DNA of 62,888 nt, filler included, from Octopus bimaculoides (Eukaryota), in the NCBI RefSeq assembly GCF_001194135.2. It is 7 parts of 7 records of this genome, joined end to end, with 100 filler letters (N's around TTAATTAATTAA, not from the genome) between each part and the next. Parts side by side here need not be neighbours in the genome. Positions count along the whole stretch, not along the records: positions 52,035 to 54,768 come from NC_068981.1; positions 54,869 to 57,976 come from NC_068994.1; positions 58,077 to 62,888 come from NW_026326898.1; 4 more parts are not named here. One strand, written 5' to 3'. How positions within the stretch are numbered: the stretch's first letter is position 1; each line of letters starts with the position of its first letter. Both the position numbers and the translations under genes were made by a program. Below, in pieces: positions 52,106 through 62,888 of this stretch. The notes beneath the pieces are model-generated. The model ran no database searches. It was given only the letters and a program-made list of their open reading frames with translations, and was not told the origin of the DNA.

Positions 52106-52339
52106 CTGGGTTGGCCAAAAGTCACCCAACAGTAAATTAAAATTCCATAAATACTATCTGTAATTCTGTATTGACTCAAATGGAAAAAATGTGTCACTCA
52201 AGAAGGACTTCAGTTTTAACAATTTTCATGATGTTTCATATTTAGATGTTTTTATCAAATTCGTTCAGTTGTTAAACATAAATAAATCTTGGAATTAAAT
52301 GGTTTTGATTTACTGTCAGGTGACTTTTGACCAACCATG
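52106..52339. mobile_element. Tc1/mariner-type MITE
   Basis: TIRs GGTTGGCCAAAAGTCACC / GGTGACTTTTGACCAACC, TA at the right end. Confidence 0.75.
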
Positions 52340-52386
52340 TACATACATACATACATACGTACATACATACATACATGCATGCGTGC

Positions 52387-52423
<37 letters not shown>

Positions 52424-52428
52424 CGTGT

Positions 52429-52478
<50 letters not shown>

Positions 52479-53249
52479 GATACCTAATCCATTGATCTCC
52501 TATATAAATCAATGTATTCTGTTAATGAGGTACCTGTGCAGAGATGACTGAAAGTAAGTTTAATATTTCAATGTCAGATATTGTAGGCAAAACTGATTTA
52601 ACTGTAGTGAAGGTAAACTTATCCAACTTTAGAGTGAACATTCACTATGAATAAAAATTAGTCCTAAAAGAGCGAAAATGAGGGTATTTTGCTGCACATG
52701 ATGTTCAACCCACTAATATGTAGTTACATGTGTGTGCATTTTTCTTTTTCTTTGAGATTTATTTAAGTGTTTCCCAATGCTGATTTCAAGCTGGTATCTA
52801 ACACTGACAAGGCTCTTTTGTTTAAGCCAAGACAGCTCTTGGGGTTTTTGGATATCAGAATCGGTTACTGTACACATATCTATGCATGTGTGCATATGTG
52901 TGTGGATAAACCTGTACTCATATAGTGGCTGTGCACATCACTTTAGTATAAAAGTGTGTGTGTGTGTGCTTCATTACAGTTTGTGTATGTGTGTATTCCA
53001 TAAGTACAGGATTTGTATGTGTCAACTCAGGGACTTCAAATTGAGAATTCTTGGAATGTTTTAGAAACTTTACCTTGCATCGCTGATCAATTGTATTTGG
53101 AGAATGCAAATCAGTTTGTTTTGTTCTGTTTTGGAGAACTTTAGCATCTCTAGGTTTTTATGGAAATCTGTTACTATGCAGCCCAGTGCACTGATGATAA
53201 TTACTAGGTACAAATGAAAACCCTTAGCCTGGATATAAGAGCTTTAAGG

Positions 53250-54100
53250 TTTTCATTAGTTTTTTATAGACGGTCTCCTTTTCCCAATTTTTGATTAGAT
53301 ATTCACTACTGCTGATCTCCACAACATTCCAGATGTTTGCTTACATTGAGTTGCTGTTTTTTACTGGAATATTCTACTTGTATTCTATATTTTTAAAGCT
53401 ACTGTAACATTCTGGTTCTGGTATGCCTTTGGTATGGCCATCAAGATACTCCTCCATGTATATAGCACTGTATGTGGTTTTAGTGATAATGTTGGGTCTC
53501 ATGGGAAATTAGTATCTTGTAAAGACTTTGCTGATGATATGGGTGATGTTTTCCATATTAGTGTGGCACAGTCAGCATTTTCTAACACTTTTGTTGATTA
53601 GAAACATAATAGCTAGTTTCTGTTTCTGGTAAGATGTGATATATCTTGTAGATTCAGGAGAGACTACTATTCCTGTCCATGTTGTTATTCTCTAACTTGC
53701 AGGATAAATATCAATGCATAACTTTCTGATAATTTCAGGAGTATGTCTTCTCCAAGTATCTGTTTAAAAAGGTCAGTAAAGCCATCCTTGATTCACATGG
53801 AAGTACATCTAATCTCATGATGTTATTACTTTCACTGTTGAGTATATATGCAATGCACCCATTTCTCTCTTTGCTGTTTAGTATGTGTTCTCTAAGTGAT
53901 ACACTGCACCACTCAAAGGCCATCTGGATTGATCTTATATGCCTTAGCTTTTTCATTTAACGTAGATTCTGTGAGTTTCACTGTTGTTGTGAAAGTTACC
54001 AGTAGTTGTTAGTATCTTCCTATTCCTGATGTCCAAGTTATGGATTCCTTCAAGCGGTCAGTCTAGTATCCCATATGTTGGTACTAGCACTGACACTGTG
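53250..54100 (-). mobile_element. Heavily decayed RTE-like apurinic endonuclease region
   Basis: KLRHIRSIQMAFEWCSVSLREH...ERNGCIAYILNS resembles the RTE APE N-terminal segment; many stops. Confidence 0.4.
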
Positions 54101-54687
54101 AGAGCATTATGGTCTGCAGTGAGAGCATTACGGGAGGGCCTTTGTCTGCTGAAGTACTGTTTTGTCCCTTGAGCTTTACTCTCAGCACCAATGTTTTTAT
54201 TAACTCCAAAGCATTTGTAACATTCACCACTAGAGATAGGTGAGATCTAGCTATCACTCTTCTGTTAGTTTTTGCAAATTTGCAATCAGCTATCAGAAAC
54301 TCATTTCAAGAGAGAACTGGCTTTTGAAGCTTCGGTGATACAAATGAGCAACATAGAGTAGCAGAGACTCTGAGTCCTGTAAAGCAACATTTTTAGTAAC
54401 TCTTTTGGTTGTGTGTTGAGAGGAGATAATCTTAGCAATCTACATAGTTTTAAACTATAATTTCATTCTTGGCAGTCCTCAACTGAGACCAATGTGTTAT
54501 GAGCATTTGAACTAGGCCTCTGGTTTTGGAATAACACAATACTTCCACATGCTGCTTTTGGTTGCACCTTCATTTGAAGTCAAGATGGCTACTTCACATG
54601 AGTTTATATGGTGGTGACATTATTGATTTGGTGGTTTTAAGAAGAAGACAATGTAATGGCAGAAGAAGCATGATGCAATCTAACAAT

Positions 54688-54768
<81 letters not shown>

Positions 54769-54868
54769 NNNNNNNNNNNNNNNNNNNNNNNNNNNNNNNN
54801 NNNNNNNNNNNNTTAATTAATTAANNNNNNNNNNNNNNNNNNNNNNNNNNNNNNNNNNNNNNNNNNNN

Positions 54869-54907
<39 letters not shown>

Positions 54908-55693
54908 AATCAGAGTCGCTTGAGTTCAGCGATACACATTTCAAACGAATCGTGATTGAAATATAGATATATAGCTCAGGAAAGTTCTTAGCGTATAATT
55001 ATAGTTAATTATATGTAATTCGCAGCTGTGAAATGAAACGAAAAGTGATTTTCTGTTTTATAGTATATTTAGCATTATTTCAAAACACTACAAAAATCTC
55101 CCAATAATTCTCAACATGTGAGCCTAACAAAAAAAAACTTCGCTGTGACTTCTTAAAATATAGCAGTTGGTTACGTATGGATTAGATATAAAATCTTGAA
55201 AATGTACAGAAACACGCTGCTGTACTCTTTCACCACAACTTTCTCTCACTCTTACTTCCTGTTTCTGTTGTGCCTGTAATTCAAAGGGTCAGCCTTGTCA
55301 CACTGTGTCACGCTGAATATCCTCGAGAACTACGTTAAGGGTACATGTGTCTGTGGAATGCTCAGCCACTTGCACGTTAATTTCACAAGCAGGCTGTTCC
55401 GTTGATCGGATCAACTGGANNNNNNNNNNNNNNNNNNNNNNNNNNNNNNNNNNNNNNNNNNNNNNNNNNNNNNNNNNNNNNNNNNNNNNNNNNNNNNNNN
55501 NNNNNNNNNNNNNNNNNNNNNNNNNNNNNNNNNNNNNNNNNNNNNNNNNNNNNNNNNNNNNNNNNNNNNNNNNNNNNNNNNNNNNNNNNNNNNNNNNNNN
55601 NNNNNNNNNNNNNNNNNNNNNNNNNNNNNNNNNNNNNNNNNNNNNNNNNNNNNNNNNNNNNNNNNNNNNNNNNNNNNNNNNNNNNNNNNNNNN

Positions 55694-55729
<36 letters not shown>

Positions 55730-55792
55730 CTGCGAGAGAGCGAGAGAGAGAGAGTGGGGTGTTTATATTTTCAAGTGTGGTGATTACATATA

Positions 55793-55973
55793 CAGGGTGT
55801 CCACAAAGTCCGGGTACCTGGAGTAAATAAAATCATAACATAAACAATTAAATATAAGAAATAATAATTTCTTAAAGTATGTGTTAATCCCTATGTGGGT
55901 ACATGGAGTAAATAAAAATCATAACATAACCAATTAAATATAACCCATGTACCCAGTCTTTGTGGACATCCTG
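55793..55973. mobile_element. Tc1/mariner-type MITE
   Basis: TA-CAGGGTGTCCACAAAG...CTTTGTGGACATCCTG-TA, with an internal ~48-bp direct duplication. Confidence 0.85.
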
Positions 55974-56619
55974 TATTTGTTATTGTAAGACGATGAGATG
56001 GACTTAATAATTAGTAGCTTTTCTTAATGGTCCTTACATTCTGGGTTCAAATACTGCCGAGGACAGCTTTGCCTTTTATCCCTTCAGGGTCGATAAAACA
56101 AAGTAATTGTCAAGTTCACCGGTAGATGTACTCGACTTCCCATTCTCCCCAAATTTCAGTTCTTGTGTCTATATTACAAACAAAGCAAAGAAAAAAAAAA
56201 GAAAAAAAGAAAAAACATTGTTGTCGTCATCGTTGTTTAGATCCAAGTCAACCCCGATCAAACAGATCTATGATCAGAAGACCTTGCTGCAACCATCCCG
56301 TATTTTTCTTATGCGACATTTTCTGAGATAGTGATACGTGGTGATTTGAAGGATGATTCGTTTACTATTTCTAAAACACCGAACGACCATATAGAAGCTC
56401 CTAACAATGGACTTTATAGGTGCTATTTTAAATCTGATGGGGGAAGTCAAGTTTTTTAATAATTTCTGAAAAGTTGAAACAGTTGTGTAGTTTAGTGTTT
56501 GTCTAGAGAATAGTGAATGTATGTGTTCATCTGCCTATGAAGCTCTCTATGTTTTATGCAAGTATGGGGAGGTCAGAAAAAGTGTGATTCAGAGAGAAGA
56601 CTCCCTTGATGCTCCATGT

Positions 56620-57598
56620 GCTGTTGATGTTGTTGCTACTGTTTGTATTGGTGTTGGTGTTATTGTTGTTGTTGTTGGTGGTGGTGGTGGTGGTGCTGCT
56701 GCTACTGGAGTTATTGTTTTTGCCGATACTGACCGTTGTTAGTGGCGGGGATGTCGGAGGTCGAGGTGATGGGGACTTCGTAATTGCTGTTCTTGGTGCT
56801 CACACTGGCGTTGTTGTTGTGGTTCGGTGACGGTATTGTAATTGTTTTTCTGGGAAGCGTTGTTGTTGCTGATAGTTGTGGTGGTCGTTGTGGTGGTGGT
56901 GCTGGAGGAGGTAGTATTAGAGGTGATTTTTGCAATAGTTGTTGTTATTGTTGATGGTGGTGTTGGTGGTGGTGGTGACGTTGGTGGAGGATAATGGTGT
57001 CGTAATTGTTATTCTCAGTGTTGTTGTTGTTGNNNNNNNNNNNNNNNNNNNNNNNNNNNNNNNNNNNNNNNNNNNNNNNNNNNNNNNNNNNNNNNNNNNN
57101 NNNNNNNNNNNNNNNNNNNNNNNNNNNNNNNNNNNNNNNNNNNNNNNNNNNNNNNNNNNNNNNNNNNNNNNNNNNNNNNNNNNNNNNNNNNNNNNNNNNN
57201 NNNNNNNNNNNNNNNNNNNNNNNNNNNNNNNNNNNNNNNNNNNNNNNNNNNNNNNNNNNNNNNNNNNNNNNNNNNNNNNNNNNNNNNNNNNNNNNNNNNN
57301 NNNNNNNNNNNNNNNNNNNNNNNNNNNNNNNNNNNNNNNNNNNNNNNNNNNNNNNNNNNNNNNNNNNNNNNNNNNNNNNNNNNNNNNNNNNNNNNNNNNN
57401 NNNNNNNNNNNNNNNNNNNNNNNNNNNNNNNNNNNNNNNNNNNNNNNNNNNNNNNNNNNNNNNNNNNNNNNNNNNNNNNNNNNNNNNTGTTGGTGGTCGT
57501 GGTGGTGGTGGTAGTGTTGGTAGTGCTGGTGCTGGTGGTGGTGTTGGTGTTGGTGGTCGTGGTGATGGTGGTGGATGTCGTCGTCGTCGCCGATGTTA
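56620..57598. repeat. (GGT/GTT)n low-complexity tract spanning a gap
   Basis: Direct inspection; it produces the spurious poly-V/L/G ORFs. Confidence 0.9.
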
Positions 57599-57609
57599 GA
57601 CTATAGATG

Positions 57610-57812
57610 TGAACTAATGAATAAAGTTAAACAGTATATAGAGCGGTTAAGACAGAGCAGTGATGTCGAATTACAGAGGATTGGATGGCACCAGTAACAC
57701 ACGTGACGTTTTACTCTTCTGTAATTGACACTGCTCTAATTGCTTCTAATTGAACTTCAGTTGGCTTTCAAAGAGAAGGCAACCGTTACAGAGTCACGTG
57801 TGCGCATGCGCA
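57610..57812 (-). promoter_or_regulatory. Promoter-like motif cluster
   Basis: TGCGCATGCGCA (57801-57812), GTCACGTG (57793-57800), overlapping CACGTG/TGACGT (57700-57709), CCAAT on the minus strand (57680-57684), TATATA (57635-57640). Confidence 0.3.
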
Positions 57813-58527
57813 TCCAGGTACACTCACTGAAAACACAAATACGTACAGATACATATGTACATGCAATGTACGTTTATATGTATGTCTCTCTATATATACA
57901 TATATGTGTGTGTGTATATGTGTGTGCGTGTGTGTTCGTGGATATAGTATATATATATATATATATATATATATATNNNNNNNNNNNNNNNNNNNNNNNN
58001 NNNNNNNNNNNNNNNNNNNNTTAATTAATTAANNNNNNNNNNNNNNNNNNNNNNNNNNNNNNNNNNNNNNNNNNNNTAGTATCCTTATGTTAGCGTTAAT
58101 CAGTGTAAAACCGAAGTATAGGGTGTTAGCTGAGAAATAATAATAATAATAATAACAAAACACATGCTCATAAGAAGAAGGTCAGATCTATGGCTAAGCA
58201 GTTGGTGATGCGAGGTAGCCTTAGCTGTAAATACTGGGAAGGAAAAAATTAATCAACTATAGAAGGGGAATAGGCAAGTATATGCATATATATATGTACA
58301 TACCTTCATCTACCTGTATATATATATATAGATGCATATCTGGGTACAGGACGTTGCAAACAAAACAATAAAACAGGACGACTTCGGGTATTTCTGTGTC
58401 AAGTGAGATTTAACGAAACATAAACAAACGATTCTGAAACAATTCTATCGGTGATAAAATTATTATTTCCTTGTCAAAAAATGGCTGAAGCATATTGGCA
58501 GTAGCTAATAAACCTTTCTATTATAGG

Positions 58528-58599
58528 CTAACCCTAACCCTAACCCTCACCCTAACCTTAGTGTTAGAGTGAGTGTTAGGGTTAGGGTTAGGGTTAGGG
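58528..58599. repeat. Interstitial inverted telomeric repeat (CCCTAA)n-(TTAGGG)n
   Basis: ctaaccctaaccctaaccctcaccctaacc|ttagtgttagagtgagtgttagggttagggttagggttaggg, directly followed by an N gap. Confidence 0.9.
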
Positions 58600-59254
58600 C
58601 NNNNNNNNNNNNNNNNNNNNNNNNNNNNNNNNNNNNNNNNNNNNNNNNNNNNNNNNNNNNNNNNNNNNNNNNNNNNNNNNNNNNNNNNNNNNNNNNNNNN
58701 NNNNNNNNNNNNNNNNNNNNNNNNNNNNNNNNNNNNNNNNNNNNNNNNNNAAATTTAAAAAGAAAAAAGCAAATAAAACGAAGAAAAAAAAAAGAAAATG
58801 AAAAAAGCAAATTTAAAATGAAAAAAGCAAATAAAACGAAGGTATGGAGATTAAATACGCTTTACACCGCTTAATCAGCCAAAGGAGTAAATGTAAACAA
58901 CTGAATACTTGTCAGTGATTGGTTGAAATTATCGAAATAAGACAATTTTTTACATGAAATAAATTCGAATACAAAAATATTTTTCTGATCTATAACACAA
59001 AATAGATAAGTATACGAAGTTTGAAAGTCTTTCGGTACCAAAAACACTACGTAAAACATTAATGAAAACTGTGGCCCCCGTTTTAAAATAGATCCTAATT
59101 CACTTTTTTCCTGGTAAAACCAACTCCATAAGTTGTATCTTTTATTTTGTACCTGCGGCCATACTGGGGCACGATCTTGTAAAATTTTAGTCGAACAAAT
59201 CTATCACAGAGCTTTTTATTATTACTCGATTTAAAATAAAGAAACAGCTAAAAA

Positions 59255-59824
59255 ATGAACATTCCTTGGTTAATTGCTGCAGTAACGATAGACATCGAGG
59301 AAACCTCGAAGATCCTCGAAGCCTATGAAACCAAAAAGGAGAACTGGTCCGAGATAACGATAGAACTCTTCATCCAAACGGCCCAAAAGAATATGGATCT
59401 CATCCAAGACCAGATCCATCTTCCTGGAGGCAGCATTATTCCTGTTAAGGTGGATGGAAGGAAAGCAAAGTGCTACATTTGCTTTTCGACTAATCATTTA
59501 AAAACCTTCTGCCTTAGATTGAAGGAAAAAGAGAGACAGACACCTCTCCTCCCTACACCAACAACGGCTACCAGATCTCGAGCGACAACAGCAGCAACAC
59601 CATCTCCATCAGCAGATTCAGCCGCGGCAGCACCAATACCAATAACCATATCGACACCGGGTTCCCCCAAACACTTCTCAGTACCCGAAGATATTCCATT
59701 TCCCGATGCGGAGCGGGTGGACATCACAGGTGGAGAGTCGGGCCGCGATGGGGGAGTAGCAGTTGAAAAAAAAAAAACGGAAAAGAGAGACACAAAGAGA
59801 AATAAACATATGGACAGACAATAA
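59255..59824 (+). mobile_element. gag-like LINE ORF1 C-terminal half (CCHC knuckle)
   Basis: 189-aa open frame with PVKVDGRKAKCYICFSTNHLKTFC (exact C-X2-C-X4-H-X4-C) and a Pro/Thr/Ala-rich tail. The 5' side is interrupted by a SINE tail. Confidence 0.7.
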
Positions 59825-60879
59825 CAATCCTCATCCACACAAGAAGTAGAAAGAAAGAAAATTCATAACAACAGAAACAAATACACCCAAAACAAACACT
59901 GCATTGACACCACCACCTCCCACCACCTCTAACATCTGAAACACAAGCCATCCCATACACACAACAACAACAACAACATCAACAGCAATCAAAACCACAA
60001 CCACCACCACAACGTGCAAGTGGCTGAGCACTCCACAGACACGTGTACCCTGCTGTACTCTTTCACCACAACTTTCTCTCACTCTTACTTCCTGTTTCTG
60101 TTGTGCCTGTAATTCAAAGGGTCAGCCTTGTCACACTCTGTGTCACGCTGAATATCCCCGAGAGAATTCTTGGTGATTTGCTCCTGAAAATATTCCAAGC
60201 CAACAGGAGGGACGGGTAAAGGAAAACACACAACAACTTTAGGTGGAAGGCATAGCTGTGTGGTTAAGGAAGCCTGTTTCGAAACGACGTTTCTTATTTC
60301 TTTACTGCCCACAAGGGGCTACACACAGAGGGGACAAACAAGGACAGACAAACGGATTAAGTCGATTAGATCGACCCCAGTGCGTAATTGGTACCTATTT
60401 AATCGACTCCGAAAGGATGAAAGGCAACCGACTTAGCCCCTTTGTCTGCCCTTGTTTGTCTCCTCTGTGTGTAGCCCTTTGTGGGCAATAAAGAAATAAG
60501 AAGTGTGACTGTCGGTCTGGCTCTCCATCAGTTACGATGATTGGCCCTTGAATTAGAGGTGCAACACATTTTTGCCAGCTGAGTGGACTGGGGCAACGAG
60601 AAATAAAACGTCTTGCTGAAGGACACAACCGCCGAGAATCGAACTCACAATTGTAAGATCGTAAGTCGAATACTCTAACCAATTAGTCACACGCCTTCAG
60701 CCGGTGGAGGTCGAGCGTCAATCGCCCTTGGAGGAAAGTGTGAAGGGGTGCAGCATTTCGCCTGATCTATCATACTTATAAAATAAAATGGCGTTGTTAA
60801 AAATGTGATTTTTCCTCCCTGGAGCGTTGAGAAACGTCACCACCAGGGATTTAGTAAGTTAGAATAAAGGAAATCATCC

Positions 60880-61330
60880 GAAAAGAATAATACATTCGAT
60901 AGATTAGGATGATCCTAATCTTTTGCCTGTCCAAGTCATTTTCATAAGTGTGTGTCCTAAACATCCATACTTGTTTCCAGACTTGGTTATCCTCTGCTTT
61001 ATATATTGAGCGTAACTTCAGTTCATCAATTGCTGGATGAATTCCTGCGTGTAGACGCCATCGGTATGCCTGTTGTATCCCACCCTGTTGGCCACGCCTT
61101 CGTAGTCTCCGTTATAGATGTCCATATCACGTCTTACAGCTTTTATAGAGTTATCAGAGCATTCACTAGCAGTTATGAGGCTGGCATTTTGATATCCATC
61201 GTGAATCAGCATGATACGGATAAATCTTTTGCAATATTCAGAAAGCTTCCAGTCTTCCATGTCACCTAACTTCGTCTCAACTACAACTTTATTTCTTTCA
61301 ACAATGCATCAAGCGGTTCCTGAAAAAAAA
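60880..61330 (-). mobile_element. Tc1/mariner-superfamily transposase N-terminal remnant
   Basis: KRFIRIMLIHDGYQNASLITASECSDNSIKAVRRDM..YNGDYEGVANR...YTQEFIQQLMN (HTH-like). Confidence 0.5.
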
Positions 61331-62289
61331 AGGAGACGTAAAATCATAAAATTTAGCCCCCAAACCCTGTAGACACATCACTCAAAAGGAAATGGTTTGT
61401 GCTGTTGACTTGGAAAGAAATCGGCTACCTCTTCCCTGAGGAGTGGCCAACAAACCATGAAACGGTCCGTTTGGAGACTCCCTAACTCTCTTTTGCCTCA
61501 CATCAGTACTACAGAAGAAATGTGTTTACATTTTTATTTAACGAACAGTGAGGCTTTGTAATGTTTCTTGTGATTTACACTAAAGACGAGCGCACCCCCG
61601 CGCACACAAACACACAAATACACACACACATACTCACATATACACACACAAACATACACACGTAAGGTTATCCACAGAGTTATAAATATTGGTTGCATGA
61701 CATGCAATTTAAATTTACATCACACACTACAATTGTACATGTATGTATGNNNNNNNNNNNNNNNNNNNNNNNNNNNNNNNNNNNNNNNNNNNNNNNNNNN
61801 NNNNNNNNNNNNNNNNNNNNNNNNNNNNNNNNNNNNNNNNNNNNNNNNNGTTGCAAACAAAACAATAAAACAGGACGACTTCGGGTATTTCTGTGTCAAA
61901 TGAGATTTAACGAATGGGAGGAGGGGTAAGAATAAATTAAAGGGTTGGGTGTCTCGTCCTGTTTTGTTTTTGTGTATTTATGGATTGTGTAAAATCCGCA
62001 AAACATTCTTCGAGTTTAAATTAGACAATATAATAATTACTGCCTTAACACATTTTATGAAATTCATAAAAGCATTGTCTCTGTTGTATCAACTAAACCC
62101 GAACAGATGCGCTGAAAATAGATGCATTTGATGCGTAAAAGTGAAGTTTAATGGGTCTGACTGAGTTAAGGGCACCTGTGAACTTGATAGGAAGAACGGG
62201 GATTCCTTCAATAAAATACAAATAATATATGAGTATATGCATATGTAAGTAGATATATGTACATACCTTCATCTACCTGTATATATAGA

Positions 62290-62888
62290 GTCAGGGACCG
62301 AAAATTGAACACTGGCCATAAAGTCGGGGACCAAAAATCGCACACTGGCCATAAAGACGGGGGACCAAGAATCGCACACTGGCCATAAAGTCGGGGACCA
62401 AAAATCACACACTGGCCATAAAGTCAGGGACCAAAAATCGCACACTGGCCATAAAGTCAGGGACCAAAAATCGCACACTGGCCATAAAGACAGGGACCAG
62501 AAATTCAACACTGGCCATAATGTCGGGTACCAAGAATTCAACACTGGCCATAAAGTCGGGGTCCAATAATTGGACGCTGGTCATAAAGACGGGAACCACA
62601 AGTCGCACACTGGCACTGAGGTCGGGGACGAATAATTGCACACTGGCCATAAAGTCGGGGACCGAAAATTGAACACGGACCATAAAGTCGGGGACCAAAA
62701 ATCGTACACTGGCCATAAAGTCGGGGACCAAAAACTGCACACCGGCCATAAAGACGGGGACCGAACGTTGTACACTGGCCATAAAGTAGGGGAACTATAA
62801 TTGAACACTGGCCATTAAATGGGGGACCAAAAATCGGACACTGGCCATAAAGTCGGATCCAAATATTGCACACTGGCCATAAAGTCGG
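62290..62888. repeat. 33-bp minisatellite (~18 units, runs off the window)
   Basis: Consensus ACTGGCCATAAAGTCGGGGACCAAAAATCGCAC; the period is confirmed between 62311 and 62344. Confidence 0.95.

Noticed and set aside
13916-58032. Six exact TTAATTAATTAA islands inside N runs (13916, 24342, 36751, 51979, 54813, 58021)
   Set aside because: Each is 44 N + 12 bp + 44 N = 100 bp, and the 12-mer has stops in all six frames. This is an artificial scaffolding spacer, not biology.
62290-62888. CRISPR-like appearance of the 33-bp array
   Set aside because: The variable parts are only ~11 bp and related to one another, there are no unique spacers or cas genes, and the context is eukaryotic.

Overview
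AT-rich, gap-ridden eukaryotic draft-assembly window, almost certainly from an octopod cephalopod. This is inferred from the tRNA-derived SINE families, the dense (CA)n/(TA)n/(ATAC)n microsatellites and a cephalopod-type allatostatin-C exon. Host coding sequence is sparse, with two convincing minus-strand exons: the last coding exon of an allatostatin-C/somatostatin-type neuropeptide precursor (36332-36502, RKR-AVITACYFQAVSCY-stop) and a first coding exon with a MADF (Myb/SANT-like) domain (18444-18621). The rest is decayed mobile DNA: RTE, CR1 and R4/Dong-type LINEs, gag-like CCHC ORF1 relics, mariner/pogo/hAT fossils, MITEs and fold-backs, many SINEs, and about eight Penelope-like remnants. 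Hammerhead ribozyme motifs track these Penelope remnants. Three have an intact catalytic core (9428-9473, 20380-20462, 22098-22184). One (8533-8608) has all three hammerhead junction strands in a non-circularly permuted, pseudoknotted order and is the best candidate for an undescribed system. The window ends in a 33-bp minisatellite. No CRISPR, rRNA or genuine tRNA gene was seen. All calls were made by eye without database searches, and repeat boundaries are approximate.
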